NCBI GenBank assembly: GCA_965224745.1
Contig: CBDCZY010000004.1
Span: 29,851-93,850 of the forward strand
Length of the DNA: 64,000 nt
Direction: 5' to 3'
Source: Methylococcales bacterium
GTDB taxonomy: Bacteria; Pseudomonadota; Gammaproteobacteria; Methylococcales; Methylomonadaceae
This document shows positions 28,602 to 39,469 of this stretch, piece after piece (position 1 is the stretch's first letter; each line of letters opens with the position of its first letter). The translations under genes and the position numbers were made by a program. The notes beneath the pieces were generated by a model that saw only the letters and a list, made by a program, of their open reading frames with translations, made no database searches and was not told where the DNA came from.

Positions 28602-29670
28602 TTTAGGAGATCGTAGTTACCCTATCTACATCGGCTACGAGTTGCTTGGGCAAAGTGAATTATTGCAAACGCATATTCAATCAAAACAAGTTTTAGTCGT
28701 GACCAATACCACTGTTGCACCGCTTTATTTAGAAAAAGTTGTTGATAGTCTCAATGATTATCAAGTGGCAACAATTATATTGCCTGACGGTGAAGAATTT
28801 AAATCACTTGCGACTGTCAGTCAGGTTTTCGACTGTTTGATGGATCATTGTTTCAGCCGTAATGCCACTTTAATTGCGCTAGGTGGAGGTGTTTTAGGTG
28901 ATTTGGGTGGTTTTGCTGCTGCTTGTTATCAACGCGGTATTGCGTTTCTACAAATTCCGACGACATTACTGGCTCAAGTGGATTCCTCAGTGGGCGGCAA
29001 AACCGGTGTTAATCATCCTAAAGGCAAGAACATGATTGGGGCGTTTTATCAACCACAGTGTGTTGTTGCAGATACTAGTGTGCTGAATACGTTAGATGAT
29101 CGACAATTTTCTGCAGGATTGGCCGAAGTCATTAAATACGGACTGATCAGCGATAAAGTTTTTTTTGAGTGGTTAGAAGTCCATATGAACCGGCTTTTAA
29201 GTAGAGATAAATCTGCAATGGAATACGCCATTGAGAGATCGTGTATGAACAAAGCCGAGGTAGTCGCTAAGGATGAAAAAGAAACGGGTCTTCGCGCTAT
29301 TTTAAATTTGGGACACACATTTGGTCATGCGATAGAGACGGGCATGGGTTATGGCAAGTATTTGCATGGTGAAGCCGTGGCCATAGGCATGTGCCAGGCT
29401 GCCGATTTATCGAGAAGAGTGGGCTATCTTCAGCAAGACGATGTGAAGCGAATAGAAGCCTTGTTATCCACAGCAAAGTTACCGATTGTTCCGCCCTATG
29501 AGCTTAAGCCAGAGCGTTTTCTCGAATTAATGGCCGTTGATAAAAAAAATATTGACGGTAAAATCCGAGTTATTTTATTAGAACAAATTGGACGCGCTTC
29601 TTTGCCCTCTTCCGTCGATGCCAATCTCCTTTATGCAACCTTAAGCGAATATGGTCGAGCTAAAGTTTAA
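28582..29670 (+). CDS. aroB: 3-dehydroquinate synthase
   Basis: 362 aa with [21 protein letters not shown] and the metal ligand motifs HTFGHAIE and HGEAVA. Confidence 0.93.
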   Translation: MKTLPVDLGDRSYPIYIGYELLGQSELLQTHIQSKQVLVVTNTTVAPLYLEKVVDSLNDYQVATIILPDGEEFKSLATVSQVFDCLMDHCFSRNATLIALGGGVLGDLGGFAAACYQRGIAFLQIPTTLLAQVDSSVGGKTGVNHPKGKNMIGAFYQPQCVVADTSVLNTLDDRQFSAGLAEVIKYGLISDKVFFEWLEVHMNRLLSRDKSAMEYAIERSCMNKAEVVAKDEKETGLRAILNLGHTFGHAIETGMGYGKYLHGEAVAIGMCQAADLSRRVGYLQQDDVKRIEALLSTAKLPIVPPYELKPERFLELMAVDKKNIDGKIRVILLEQIGRASLPSSVDANLLYATLSEYGRAKV

Positions 29671-31198
29671 GGTGCCCCAAGTTGCCAAAAAGAAAGCAGT
29701 GCAACCTAAGGCAGAGCCAAAGGTTCAACTACCGCCTTTACTCTCAGTCGATAGAGAGCGAAAAGTTGATTTACTCATTCATCTAATTACTAATCTGGAT
29801 CAACCGATTATTATCAGCGGTCCGGCTGGAATTGGAAAAACGTCTTTTCTGAATGCGATTGAAGAGCGTAAAGCCCCACTTTGGATCATGCTCAAACTTC
29901 AGGCAACGCCAAAAACCTCCTTTGAAAGCGTGCTTAAAGCAATCATGAAAGTCATAAAGCAAACTGATATTTATCAAGGAGGCATGACGCTTGAGCAAAG
30001 TTTTAAACGCATTACAACACTCAACTATCGGTTTGTATTACTAATTGATGATGCTGCCCTGCTCGTTCCTGGTTTATTAACCACCTTGATTCAATACAAC
30101 AAGGCTGTATCAGTGCTTAGAGTGGTTGCAACATTAACACAACAAGAAGTGATTGCTAAAACCACGGACCATACCATTGATGACTGCCATGTGGTTGTAA
30201 TACCCAAGCTAACAAAAAGGGTAACCATCCAGTTGGTCACACATGAATTAAATGAAACACCAGGTGCAATTTCCCCCGAGCTGGTTAGTCCCATGGTGTT
30301 GGATAAAATTTATAGGTTGTCAAGCGGAAGGCCGGGGGAAATTACCAAGCTGGTACCCAAAATTCCGAAGCTGATCATGTTAATGAAGTACCAAAAAATC
30401 GGCTATTTTCTTGCTGCGGGATGTTTTGTTTTTATGCTCATAGGTATTTTGTTCTGGGGTGACCAAGCAGTAAACCCCACTCAAAATGCTGAACAAAAAG
30501 ATTTGAAACAAACGAAAAGCAGCCCAGCAAAAAAGCAAAAAAACTTGGACCTTTCACCCCAAAAAGCGCAAAAATCCAACCCGACTGAGTTCGTTGTCGA
30601 TAAACCTACTAAAAGTGCCGGTGGTGCAAAAGATTTATCTGCTGCCCTTTCAATGAAAACGGATAAAGCTGATGACAGCCTGCCAACTGGTTCTGATCTT
30701 GCAAATGCTCCAATACCGGCAGTAAAACCACAATCTATTAGCAAGAATGCTCATCAGCGACTATTGTCTGCTAAACACGAAGAACCGAGAGGTAAATCTG
30801 CAAACGCCTTCTCCGTATCAAAAGCAAATCTTAAAAGAAAAGATCAAATAGCTTTATTACAAACGAAAAAAAAAGATGCAGTAAGTCACAAAACGACCAA
30901 CGTCTTGCTTTATCATCAAAATAAATGGGTGTTTTTGCAGGATGCAAGAAAATACACGCTGCAGCTGATGTCAATGGATACACCGTCTCCATTGTTAAAA
31001 GTGATCAATCAGCGGAGCGAAATTGATCGGTTAAAGGTCATTAAAGTCAGCGCCGAAAAATACGTTTTGCTGTACGGTTCTTTTCGATCTCAGAAAGCAG
31101 CGAATATCCGAAAAGCTCATTTACCCGAGGAGTTTGGTGATGCATGGGTGAGAAGTTTCAATGATGTTCAAAAAGAGATTGCACAAAACAATAGATAA
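29651..31198 (+). CDS. SPOR-domain protein with an N-terminal P-loop ATPase-like domain (DamX-like position)
   Basis: 515 aa. It has the P-loop [11 protein letters not shown], one TM helix, and a low-complexity K/Q/P/S linker. The C-terminal SPOR-like domain is YTLQLMS...[25 protein letters not shown]. It sits after aroK-aroB, like damX. Confidence 0.65.
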   Translation: MVELKFKVPQVAKKKAVQPKAEPKVQLPPLLSVDRERKVDLLIHLITNLDQPIIISGPAGIGKTSFLNAIEERKAPLWIMLKLQATPKTSFESVLKAIMKVIKQTDIYQGGMTLEQSFKRITTLNYRFVLLIDDAALLVPGLLTTLIQYNKAVSVLRVVATLTQQEVIAKTTDHTIDDCHVVVIPKLTKRVTIQLVTHELNETPGAISPELVSPMVLDKIYRLSSGRPGEITKLVPKIPKLIMLMKYQKIGYFLAAGCFVFMLIGILFWGDQAVNPTQNAEQKDLKQTKSSPAKKQKNLDLSPQKAQKSNPTEFVVDKPTKSAGGAKDLSAALSMKTDKADDSLPTGSDLANAPIPAVKPQSISKNAHQRLLSAKHEEPRGKSANAFSVSKANLKRKDQIALLQTKKKDAVSHKTTNVLLYHQNKWVFLQDARKYTLQLMSMDTPSPLLKVINQRSEIDRLKVIKVSAEKYVLLYGSFRSQKAANIRKAHLPEEFGDAWVRSFNDVQKEIAQNNR

Positions 31199-31208
31199 CA
31201 AATTAATA

Positions 31209-32273
31209 ATGACTTCGCCAAAAAACGATATCTTTCTGCAAGCGCTGTTACGACAGCCAGTTCCAAGAACACCTGTTTGGATGATGAGACAAGCGGGTCG
31301 TTATTTACCAGAGTACAGAAAAGTACGATCCGAAGCGGGCAGCTTTTTAAATTTATGCACTAACCCTGAGTTGGCGTGTGAGGTAACCATGCAGCCGCTG
31401 GAGCGCTTCCGCTTCGATGCAGCAATACTATTTTCAGATATTTTAACTATCCCAGATGCCATGGGATTGGGGTTACAGTTTACCGAGGGCGAAGGACCAA
31501 CTTTTGAACGACCTGTTAGAACGGCTTCAGACATACATGGTTTACCAATACCTGATCCCGGCGACAAGTTGCGGTATGTGCCGGATGCGGTAAGTCTTAT
31601 TCGAAAAACCCTGGCTGGGCGCGTTCCACTGATAGGTTTTTCGGGTAGTCCCTGGACGCTTGCTACCTATATGGTTGAAGGCGGTAGCAGCAAAAGCTTT
31701 CAAAGAGTCAAAGGGTTAATGTTTGAACAACCAAAACTGATGCACGAGTTGTTAGAAAAGCTAGCACAAGCAATTGCTCATTATCTCAATGCCCAAATCA
31801 CCGCAGGCGCACAGGCCATCATGTTATTTGATACATGGGGCGGTGTATTAGCAGAAGAGGATTATCAGGAGTTTTCTTTACGCTATGCAAAGCAAGTCAG
31901 GGAAAGTCTAATAAGAGAACACGAAGGTCAGGTGGTTCCTAGTGTTTTATTTACCAAAGGGGGTGGTTTATGGTTAGAATCAATGGTCGAAGCGGGCTAC
32001 GATGGTTTGGGATTAGACTGGCAAACCAATATCGCGACAGCTCGTCAACGAGTGGGTCAAATGGTTGCCTTGCAAGGTAATATGGATCCAGTTTCGTTGT
32101 ACGCCAATCCCGAAGTCATTCGGCTAAAGGTGCAAGATATTTTGGCAAAATACGGGCATGGAACGGGTCATGTGTTTAACCTTGGCCATGGTATTCTTCC
32201 TGACATTAACCCTGAACATGTTGCCGCAATGGTTGATGCGGTGCATGAGTTTAGCCCTCAATATCATTGTTAA
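31209..32273 (+). CDS. hemE: uroporphyrinogen decarboxylase
   Basis: Contains [15 protein letters not shown] and related motifs. I moved the start to the ATG at 31209 (MTSPKNDIF...), just after the upstream stop. Confidence 0.93.
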   Translation: MTSPKNDIFLQALLRQPVPRTPVWMMRQAGRYLPEYRKVRSEAGSFLNLCTNPELACEVTMQPLERFRFDAAILFSDILTIPDAMGLGLQFTEGEGPTFERPVRTASDIHGLPIPDPGDKLRYVPDAVSLIRKTLAGRVPLIGFSGSPWTLATYMVEGGSSKSFQRVKGLMFEQPKLMHELLEKLAQAIAHYLNAQITAGAQAIMLFDTWGGVLAEEDYQEFSLRYAKQVRESLIREHEGQVVPSVLFTKGGGLWLESMVEAGYDGLGLDWQTNIATARQRVGQMVALQGNMDPVSLYANPEVIRLKVQDILAKYGHGTGHVFNLGHGILPDINPEHVAAMVDAVHEFSPQYHC

Positions 32274-32391
32274 TTTTACTTCTCAAAATCACAGCCCATA
32301 GTATGGAATATCTATTGTTTCCTACTCCATTCCTGATCCGACAGAAGATCATCAGATAGCTATTAAATGTAGTCATGTTTTTTGAAAAGCA

Positions 32392-33129
32392 GTGTTACTA
32401 ATCGGTTTAAGTTCTCTTCAATTACTTGCTGTTGGTTTATTGTTTATTTGGGCTGGTTTCGTCCGTTCCGGCTTGGGCTTTGGGGGAGCCGCTCTGGGGC
32501 TGCCATTAATGTTGTTTGTGCATGGTGACCCGCTCGTGTGGTTGCCGGTTATTGGTACCCATCTGCTATTTTTTTCCGGACTAACGCTGCGTACCCGCTT
32601 ACATAATGTTGATTGGAACTATTTGTCTCAGTCATCATTCTATATCATTCCTTCTGCGATAGTGGGAGTATTGGGGCTGGTTTCGTTACCGACTTTATGG
32701 CTGAATTTTTTTATATATTCAATTACGCTTTTTTATGGTTTTGTCTGGCTATTTAACAAAACAATAGAGAGTCATCATACCTGGATGGATAAAGGACTGC
32801 TGGTACTGGGCGGCTATGTGGCAGGTACATCTTTAACCGGTGCACCACTGATGGTGGCAGTATATATGCGTAATGTGAGCAAAGAACAATTACGAGACAC
32901 ACTATTCGTGCTGTGGTTTATTTTAGTGAGTATCAAGATGACCACTTTTATTATGCTATCAGTTAATTTGTACTTTATTGAAGCACTTCTGCTGTTGCCT
33001 GTCGCAGCCATCGGACACGTTCTTGGGCTAAAAGCACATACTGCCATTATGCGAAATGACGTATCGTTCAAGCGTTGGGTTGGTGGTGGGCTGGTAGTCG
33101 TTAGTTCTTTAGGCTTAGCGAATTTGTAA
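32392..33129 (+). CDS. TSUP (TauE/SafE) family membrane transporter
   Basis: 245 aa with a GTG start and about 7-8 TM helices. It has the internal-repeat architecture typical of TauE/SafE proteins. Confidence 0.6.
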   Translation: MLLIGLSSLQLLAVGLLFIWAGFVRSGLGFGGAALGLPLMLFVHGDPLVWLPVIGTHLLFFSGLTLRTRLHNVDWNYLSQSSFYIIPSAIVGVLGLVSLPTLWLNFFIYSITLFYGFVWLFNKTIESHHTWMDKGLLVLGGYVAGTSLTGAPLMVAVYMRNVSKEQLRDTLFVLWFILVSIKMTTFIMLSVNLYFIEALLLLPVAAIGHVLGLKAHTAIMRNDVSFKRWVGGGLVVVSSLGLANL

Positions 33130-33277
33130 ACCGAGAGAAAGCGGCAGTTATTCCTTTGATTTTAAAATTGAATTCTTTGCCACTCAGTTAGTTGGCTGCG
33201 TGAAGTATAGCAAACGCTTCTGTATCAACGTTATGATAAAGTTATGACATATTGAACAAATGATGAGATAACTATTT

Positions 33278-33697
33278 ATGTGGTTGCAAAAGGAGTTTCG
33301 ATTGAAGAGCCGTTCTCGTGGTTTTCATTTAGTTACCAGTGAAATTTTGCACGAGTTACCCGAGTTAAAAAACTATAAAATTGGTTTGATGAATTTATTG
33401 TTAAAGCACACTTCTGCATCGATTACCATCAATGAAAATGCAGATCCAACGGTGCGGCAAGATTTTGAAAGCTATTTCAATAGAGCGATACCAGAAAACG
33501 AACCCTATTACAGTCATTTGGATGAAGGGCCTGACGACTTGCCAGCTCATTTAAAGAGCAGTGTGTTAGGCGCTAGCCTGAATATACCCATAACCAATGG
33601 TCGTTTAAATCTTGGTACATGGCAAGGGATTTATTTATGCGAACACCGAAATCATGCCGGGAGTCGCAGCATGGTGGTTACCATTCAGGGTGAATAA
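33278..33697 (+). CDS. yjbQ: YjbQ/UPF0047 family protein (secondary thiamine-phosphate synthase-like)
   Basis: 139 aa with GLMNLLLKHTSASITINENADP...HLKSSVLGASL...GTWQGIYLCEHR, the UPF0047 pattern. Confidence 0.85.
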   Translation: MWLQKEFRLKSRSRGFHLVTSEILHELPELKNYKIGLMNLLLKHTSASITINENADPTVRQDFESYFNRAIPENEPYYSHLDEGPDDLPAHLKSSVLGASLNIPITNGRLNLGTWQGIYLCEHRNHAGSRSMVVTIQGE

Positions 33698-33960
33698 TCA
33701 TTTTGTCCGTCTTCTGCGTTGTAGCAGCAGTTGCAGAGCTTGCTATGTGCCTGCGTTTGTGCAAAACAGCAACCCTGGTTTTTGCACTAGAAAATGATTA
33801 TCCAGATTAAAATCTTAATTAGGTGGAACGTAATTGCTTTATTCTGCTTCTAAGTAAAGAAATCCAGTAAAAAAATTGATCAGTCCTGAGTCGCGGGTAA
33901 GTGGACTGTTTAAATGATAATACCAACACACCAAATGAATTCACAACGGGAGTTTGCAAA

Positions 33961-34422
33961 ATGAAAAATACAATAGTTTTTATAGCGTTTTTTTTGATAC
34001 CTGCATTCACATATGCAGAATCGGATGCTGATACCAGTCAGAAACAATTTAAAGAAATGGTGGTTTATCGAAGCCCTACCTGCGGCTGCTGTGCCAAATG
34101 GATTGAACATCTGAAACAGGAGAACTTTAACATCAAGGATATTGTGACTGATGATATGGACAGTATTAAAAGCCAATATAAAATCCCCAGGAAGTTATCG
34201 TCTTGTCACACTGCCGTAATTGATGGCTATGTTATAGAAGGCCATGTACCAGCAGAAGATATAAAGACTTTACTGACGTCAAAAGCAGATGTCGTGGGCA
34301 TTACCGTTCCTGGTATGCCGGTCGGAACACCAGGTATGGAGATGGGGGGTAAAAAAGATCCTTTCGATGTCATTTCTTTTGATAAACAAGGCAGCTATAA
34401 AGCCTATCATCGTTACGAATAA
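33961..34422 (+). CDS. DUF411 (CopG-like) periplasmic metal-binding protein
   Basis: It has a signal peptide from the ATG at 33961 (MKNTIVFIAFFLIPAFTYA). The CGCC motif is SPTCGCCAKW, and there is an MPxGTPGME motif. Confidence 0.75.
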   Translation: MKNTIVFIAFFLIPAFTYAESDADTSQKQFKEMVVYRSPTCGCCAKWIEHLKQENFNIKDIVTDDMDSIKSQYKIPRKLSSCHTAVIDGYVIEGHVPAEDIKTLLTSKADVVGITVPGMPVGTPGMEMGGKKDPFDVISFDKQGSYKAYHRYE

Positions 34423-34427
34423 CAACA

Positions 34428-35426
34428 ATGATCCTGTCAGGTGATTTGGGTGGAACTAAATCCTTGTTGGCTATCTATGAAGATCAGGATGACGATCTGG
34501 TTAGTATTCAGGAAGGGGCATTTCCAAGTCAGCAATATCAGACAATAGAAGCGTTGTTGAAAGATGCCCTCAAGGCCTTCAAAGTTACAAAAATCAATGC
34601 TGTTTGCTTAGGTGTCGCCGGACCGGTAATTCATGGCGACTGTCAGACTACTAACTTGCCTTGGAAAATCAAAAAGAGTAGCTTGCAAGCGCTATTTTCA
34701 TCCGATAATATCTTTTTGTTAAATGATTTGGAGGCAACTGGGTGGGGTGTATTGACAGCTCCCAACTCGCAATTTGTCGATCTAAATTTTCAAGCCAAAA
34801 ACTCATCTACAACCAGTAACAAAGCTGTTTTATCAGCAGGTACAGGTTTAGGGGAAGCCATCATGCCGTGGCATGGAAACTACCATGAGGTTATGGCAAC
34901 AGAAGGCGGTCATACCGACTTTGGGCCGAATGATGATTTTGAAATGGCCTTGCTAAATTTCCTCAGAAAGAAACATTCAGGCCATATCAGTTACGAAAGG
35001 ATTGTGTCAGGGGCGGGGCTTTACAGCTTGTACGAATTCATTGTGCAAAGTGAAAAAGCGATGACTTTACCGGATACTCAACAATTGATGCAACAAAAAG
35101 ATCCGGCGGCGGTTATCGGTGAAAGAGGGCTTGCTGGCTCAGATAAAGCGTGCCAATTGGCGTTACAGCGTTTTGCCAGAATTTATGGCGCTGAAGCCGG
35201 TAATCTGGCTTTGAAATGTCTGCCTTATGGAGGACTCTATTTGGGTGGAGGAATCAGTATTAAAATCTTACCGGTATTACAGCAGCCATTCTTTATGGAA
35301 GGTTTTTTAAACAAAGGCAGGTATACCGAACTACTGCGCCGAGTTCCGGTAAAGGTTTGTTTAAACCCAGGCATAGCGCAGCTTGGGGCAGCGCACTTTG
35401 CATCGCAATATTTTTCGACACGTTAG
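34428..35426 (+). CDS. glk: glucokinase
   Basis: 332 aa with ILSGDLGGTKS at the N-terminus, and LGEA and ATEGGHTDF motifs of the bacterial Glk family. Confidence 0.85.
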   Translation: MILSGDLGGTKSLLAIYEDQDDDLVSIQEGAFPSQQYQTIEALLKDALKAFKVTKINAVCLGVAGPVIHGDCQTTNLPWKIKKSSLQALFSSDNIFLLNDLEATGWGVLTAPNSQFVDLNFQAKNSSTTSNKAVLSAGTGLGEAIMPWHGNYHEVMATEGGHTDFGPNDDFEMALLNFLRKKHSGHISYERIVSGAGLYSLYEFIVQSEKAMTLPDTQQLMQQKDPAAVIGERGLAGSDKACQLALQRFARIYGAEAGNLALKCLPYGGLYLGGGISIKILPVLQQPFFMEGFLNKGRYTELLRRVPVKVCLNPGIAQLGAAHFASQYFSTR

Positions 35427-35434
35427 AGATCGGA

Positions 35435-36562
35435 ATGGATATCGGGGTTGTTAAAGAAATAAAACAACAGGAATATCGAGTATCCATCACGCCAGACGGT
35501 GTAGCAAGCCTGGTCACAGCGGGGCATAAGGTCTTGGTCGAACAAGGTGCAGGCATGGGGTCAGGGTTTATCGACGAACAGTATCGACAAGCAGGCGCCA
35601 CTCTAGTTTTGACAGACAGAGCTTGGTCGAATGAGCTGGTTGTCAAAGTCAAAGAACCTTTGGAATCGGAGTATCGACATTTCAATGGCCAAATGGTGTT
35701 TACATTCTTCCATTTGGCGGGGGCAAAGCCAAGCCTTATCGAAAATTTACTGCATAGAAAAATGACGGCTATAGCTTATGAAACGTTAGAAGATGAGCAA
35801 GGTCGTTTACCACTACTGATGCCCATGAGCGCGGTGGCCGGCAACATGGCAACGCTGATGGGCAGTTTTTACCTGGCGAAATTCAACGGCGGGAAGGGGA
35901 TGCAGTTAGGTATCGTTAACGGCACAACGTTTGGGAAAGTTGTGATTATCGGCGATGGTGTCGTGGGACAACATGCCGCTACTGTGGCCATCGGCATGGG
36001 TTCAAGCGTTGTCATGTTTGGACTTAACCAAAAAAAGTATCAACAAAAGCAATGCCAAAACCAAAAGCACCAAAATTATACGTATTTTCTTTCCACGCCT
36101 GAATCCATAGAACGAGAAATAGTGAATGCCGACCTGGTGGTAGGTGCGGTTCTGCGGCATGGAGGGAAAGCGCCTTTTGTTGTCACAGAAGCGATGGTAA
36201 AGAAAATGACTCCCGGCGCAGTTATCGTCGATGTTAGTATTGACCAAGGCGGTTGCATTGAAACATCCAGACCCACCTCGCACCAAGACCCGATTTACAC
36301 GTTACACAATGTAGTCCACTATTGTGTTGCTAATATGCCAGGTGCTTATCCAAGAACATCAACCCTTGCGCTAACGCAACAGACTTTGCTGTATATTCAA
36401 ATGTTGGCCGAACAGGGTCTAACTTCAATGCTTAAAAAACCGGGGCTATCCAAAGCAATTAATACCTATGGCGGTTTCGTGACCAATAGTGATGTTGCAC
36501 GGTCCTTATGTCTTTCGCACCGCTTTAAAAGAGTGGCAGAACTTATTGCTTCGGTTGGTTGA
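35435..36562 (+). CDS. ald: alanine dehydrogenase
   Basis: The start is at MDIGVVKEIKQQEYRVSITP. Other motifs are the Rossmann IIGDGVVGQHAA, then VDVSIDQGGC and YCVANMPGAYPRTST. The segment after beta-2 is atypical (see findings). Confidence 0.88.
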   Translation: MDIGVVKEIKQQEYRVSITPDGVASLVTAGHKVLVEQGAGMGSGFIDEQYRQAGATLVLTDRAWSNELVVKVKEPLESEYRHFNGQMVFTFFHLAGAKPSLIENLLHRKMTAIAYETLEDEQGRLPLLMPMSAVAGNMATLMGSFYLAKFNGGKGMQLGIVNGTTFGKVVIIGDGVVGQHAATVAIGMGSSVVMFGLNQKKYQQKQCQNQKHQNYTYFLSTPESIEREIVNADLVVGAVLRHGGKAPFVVTEAMVKKMTPGAVIVDVSIDQGGCIETSRPTSHQDPIYTLHNVVHYCVANMPGAYPRTSTLALTQQTLLYIQMLAEQGLTSMLKKPGLSKAINTYGGFVTNSDVARSLCLSHRFKRVAELIASVG

Positions 36563-36586
36563 AACTAAGTTAAAATAACAACCACG

Positions 36587-36662
<76 letters not shown>

Positions 36663-36733
36663 ATAAAACAGTAGCATTAACCCAGTGGCAAGTCCGTAAG
36701 CTGTTAAAAAACAAGTCTTACAAATCGATTTAT

Positions 36734-37696
36734 TTGACTGGCAACAACATGACAACAGGCTTCACAAAAATTCTCAGCGCACAATTTTGGGTGCAGGCTT
36801 TTCAAGCATTTTTACAAACCTTCCGCCGTTTCCCGCTGGTTATGCTGAGCCTGATATTTATCACTTTGTTAACCATATTAAAGAGCCACAGTTATAATTT
36901 ATTGGCTGCCCTTGAATGGCAACGAAGTATGCTAATGGGAATAGTTGGTGCATTGTGGTTTCTTGCATCGGGGTTGTTTTCTGAGAGTCATCAATGGACA
37001 CGGGTTAAGCGTTATAGCTTGGCTTTGCCTGCTTTTGTCTTACTCTGCTGGAAAATCGTGACCAATGATACCTCAGCTCATTCCACTTGGACGATGTTGT
37101 TTGCGATTGCCTTGGCGGTCACATTTGCCGCTTATTTTTTCCGTCGTCATGATAATGATTCGTTTTGGTATTTTAATTTTCAACTGATTGAGGCGCTTTG
37201 TTTTGCCTTTTTAGCCGCTTTAATACTGTGCGGTGGTCTAAGCTTAAGCCTAATAAGCATCGATTATTTATTTGACATAAAGGTCAGTCGCAAACTCTAT
37301 GCAGATATTTGGGTTTTTGGTTGGTGCTTTTTCGCTCCCGCCTATTTTCTGGCCCAAGTGCCGACCCAATTTGATTATCAACGATCCGATTGTAAGTTCC
37401 CCCGTGGTGTTTATTTTATTCAGAATTATGTTTTGATCCCTTTATCGCTCATTTACATGGTGATCCTGTATGCCTACTTCATCAAGATTTTGCTGCAATG
37501 GGAATTGCCCCGCGGTAATTTAGGATTGATGGTCTGCGCATTCGGCGTGATCGGTATTGTCACCCACTGGATGATTTTTCCGATGCATGACCGCAATAAG
37601 CCGTTGCTGGGGTGGTTCTATCGTAATTTCTACAAAATGATGGTCGTGCCGCTGGGATTATTGATATTAGTGTACGCATTAACCAATACGGATTGA
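36734..37696 (+). CDS. polytopic membrane protein, DUF4153-like, N-terminal portion
   Basis: 320 aa with about 9 TM helices. It ends in a 4-nt overlap with the next ORF, which looks like its continuation. Confidence 0.55.
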   Translation: MTGNNMTTGFTKILSAQFWVQAFQAFLQTFRRFPLVMLSLIFITLLTILKSHSYNLLAALEWQRSMLMGIVGALWFLASGLFSESHQWTRVKRYSLALPAFVLLCWKIVTNDTSAHSTWTMLFAIALAVTFAAYFFRRHDNDSFWYFNFQLIEALCFAFLAALILCGGLSLSLISIDYLFDIKVSRKLYADIWVFGWCFFAPAYFLAQVPTQFDYQRSDCKFPRGVYFIQNYVLIPLSLIYMVILYAYFIKILLQWELPRGNLGLMVCAFGVIGIVTHWMIFPMHDRNKPLLGWFYRNFYKMMVVPLGLLILVYALTNTD

Positions 37697-38622
37697 CAGA
37701 ACCCCGTTATCTTGTCGTGATTTGCGCTGTCTGGTTTGCGATCTTGATTGCCTGTCAATTAATCCAGCGTACAAATTTTCAATTGCGGCAAGTTTTAGTT
37801 TCGTTAGCCATACTTGCTCTAATCATTTCCGTTGGCCCTTGGCGCATTGACACATTACCCGTAAAACATCAGCTTATAAGATTGCAGGCATTGCTCACCA
37901 AGCAAAACATGCTGGTCAATCAGCAATACTACCCGCCTAAAACTCAACTGGATTTTGCGATGAGGAAATCCATCAGTTCTATGGTGACTTACATCATCAC
38001 TCATGGCGCTGGTGACAGTATGTCTCCCTGGTTTTCAGATAAAGATAATGTTGATTCAATCATCAGCCGGTGTATGACTCGACGTTGTTATCAAAGTGAT
38101 GGCGTTAAATTTGTAAAACTCATGGGTATTGATTTTGTGAGATCGCATGAAAAAAAACAAAATGAATCATTTAGAATCAGTCTTGGCGGTGATGATCATA
38201 GGTACAGGCATGACAACACTCTCGTTCCGTTGGCCGGTTTCGATTACGCCATCCCGTTACAGCTTTATTTCAATCAAAATTTAGTCAGCACAGCGGTTGA
38301 TCAAGTTTGGCCCGAAAGTAGTAAAAATAAAATAACTGTTCTTTTGCGAAAAGACAACGAACTTGAAATTTCCTTCGGGAAGGCAAGGAAGGAAAGCATT
38401 AATCTCAACAAATTATTAAATAAACTTGCGAGCAGTCGCGATGTTAAAGTGCCAGCCGAAGAAGCGTATAAATTAATTCACAATCGATCTAACAATGGCT
38501 TAAAGATCAGGCTTTATATTGAAAATATCAACGGTAGGAACAACGATGGGACGATGCAAATTACCAACGTACAAGGGATGTTGCTTATTCAATTTTTGGA
38601 GGAATCGATAGTCAATGAATAA
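37693..38622 (+). CDS. DUF4153-like protein, C-terminal portion (2 TM helices plus a soluble domain)
   Basis: 309 aa with a TTG start in the middle of an apparently continuous coding segment. The frame reads VRINQYGLTEPRY across the junction. Confidence 0.5.
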   Translation: MTEPRYLVVICAVWFAILIACQLIQRTNFQLRQVLVSLAILALIISVGPWRIDTLPVKHQLIRLQALLTKQNMLVNQQYYPPKTQLDFAMRKSISSMVTYIITHGAGDSMSPWFSDKDNVDSIISRCMTRRCYQSDGVKFVKLMGIDFVRSHEKKQNESFRISLGGDDHRYRHDNTLVPLAGFDYAIPLQLYFNQNLVSTAVDQVWPESSKNKITVLLRKDNELEISFGKARKESINLNKLLNKLASSRDVKVPAEEAYKLIHNRSNNGLKIRLYIENINGRNNDGTMQITNVQGMLLIQFLEESIVNE

Positions 38623-38917
38623 GTGATTGTATTTTTTGCTTGGCCAAAGGCGAGTCTAACCAATCGCTGCTTCAAAATGCGAGTCTTATCTTTGATGCAG
38701 AATGCCATAGGGGGGGCGCTCTCTGGAATCGTGCGTTTTCATTATTGTACCTGCAATGGTAAACCCAAAGAAAACTCCAAATCAAAGAACTAACGTACAT
38801 CCTTGACGAATTGTCTTAGTTCTTATAATGTTAAAAATTAACAATGGGTAGACATAGTCACTAATTTAATTTTCATCAAACGAATAGCAAGCTGATAAGC
38901 GATAGTTTGGAGCACAC

Positions 38918-39358
38918 ATGATCGATTTAGATGCAAGTAAAATAGCGGCTGAAGTAACCAGACAGTTCGCTTCTGGACAAATTAGCAACTTTGAATTCGA
39001 GATGAAAATGCCTGATTCTAACGATTCTGCTATCTGGGCAACTGAAGATACTCTCCGGTGCTTCTACGACGATTTCAAAGAGCACAAGATTAACGCTCAT
39101 TGGAAAGTGCCACATGAAGTCAAAAATATGATGGCTCGTTGGGTGATGTTTCTCTATTCAAACGAAGAGTACCTATGGCTAAAAATTAGTTGTCCTGGTA
39201 TCCGGCCAATCGAATATGGTCTTGTCGGCAAACTGTTCAATGAACATAAAATGCAGAAGTCATTTATGCGTGTAGGTAACTATTCAGTTTGGCCATTTAT
39301 CAGTATTGAGTCATACGAAAGTGTAAAAAACAAACCTGTATTGTTGGCAGGGTCATGA
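38918..39358 (+). CDS. hypothetical protein
   Basis: 146-aa ORF with GGAG 7 nt upstream of the ATG. It has no TM helices and I do not recognise the family. Confidence 0.45.
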   Translation: MIDLDASKIAAEVTRQFASGQISNFEFEMKMPDSNDSAIWATEDTLRCFYDDFKEHKINAHWKVPHEVKNMMARWVMFLYSNEEYLWLKISCPGIRPIEYGLVGKLFNEHKMQKSFMRVGNYSVWPFISIESYESVKNKPVLLAGS

Positions 39359-39469
39359 CAAGCGAGTCAAATGGCTCCAAAAGCGACATCGCAAAGGTCG
39401 TTCTGCGCTTTGTACCCCTTGTTGTTAATCGATAGCTGAGCTCGCCACGTTTATTCGGAGGAACACAAA

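Noticed and set aside
33759-33787. The hairpin GTGCAAAA-N13-TTTTGCAC and nearby dyads between yjbQ and the DUF411 copper-related gene could be a terminator or a MerR/CueR-type operator.
   Set aside because: No U-tract follows the stem. The -35/-10 spacing around the dyads does not fit a 19-20 bp MerR-type promoter. There is not enough signal to call either feature.
36008-36090. The odd Q/K-rich segment of ald could be a pair of compensating frameshifts, since an alternative frame reads ...CLDLTKK... and so contains an L-D.
   Set aside because: The alternative frame shows no further similarity to AlaDH. The third frame has a stop, and the annotated frame is continuous with both conserved flanks. 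I report it as an atypical loop instead.
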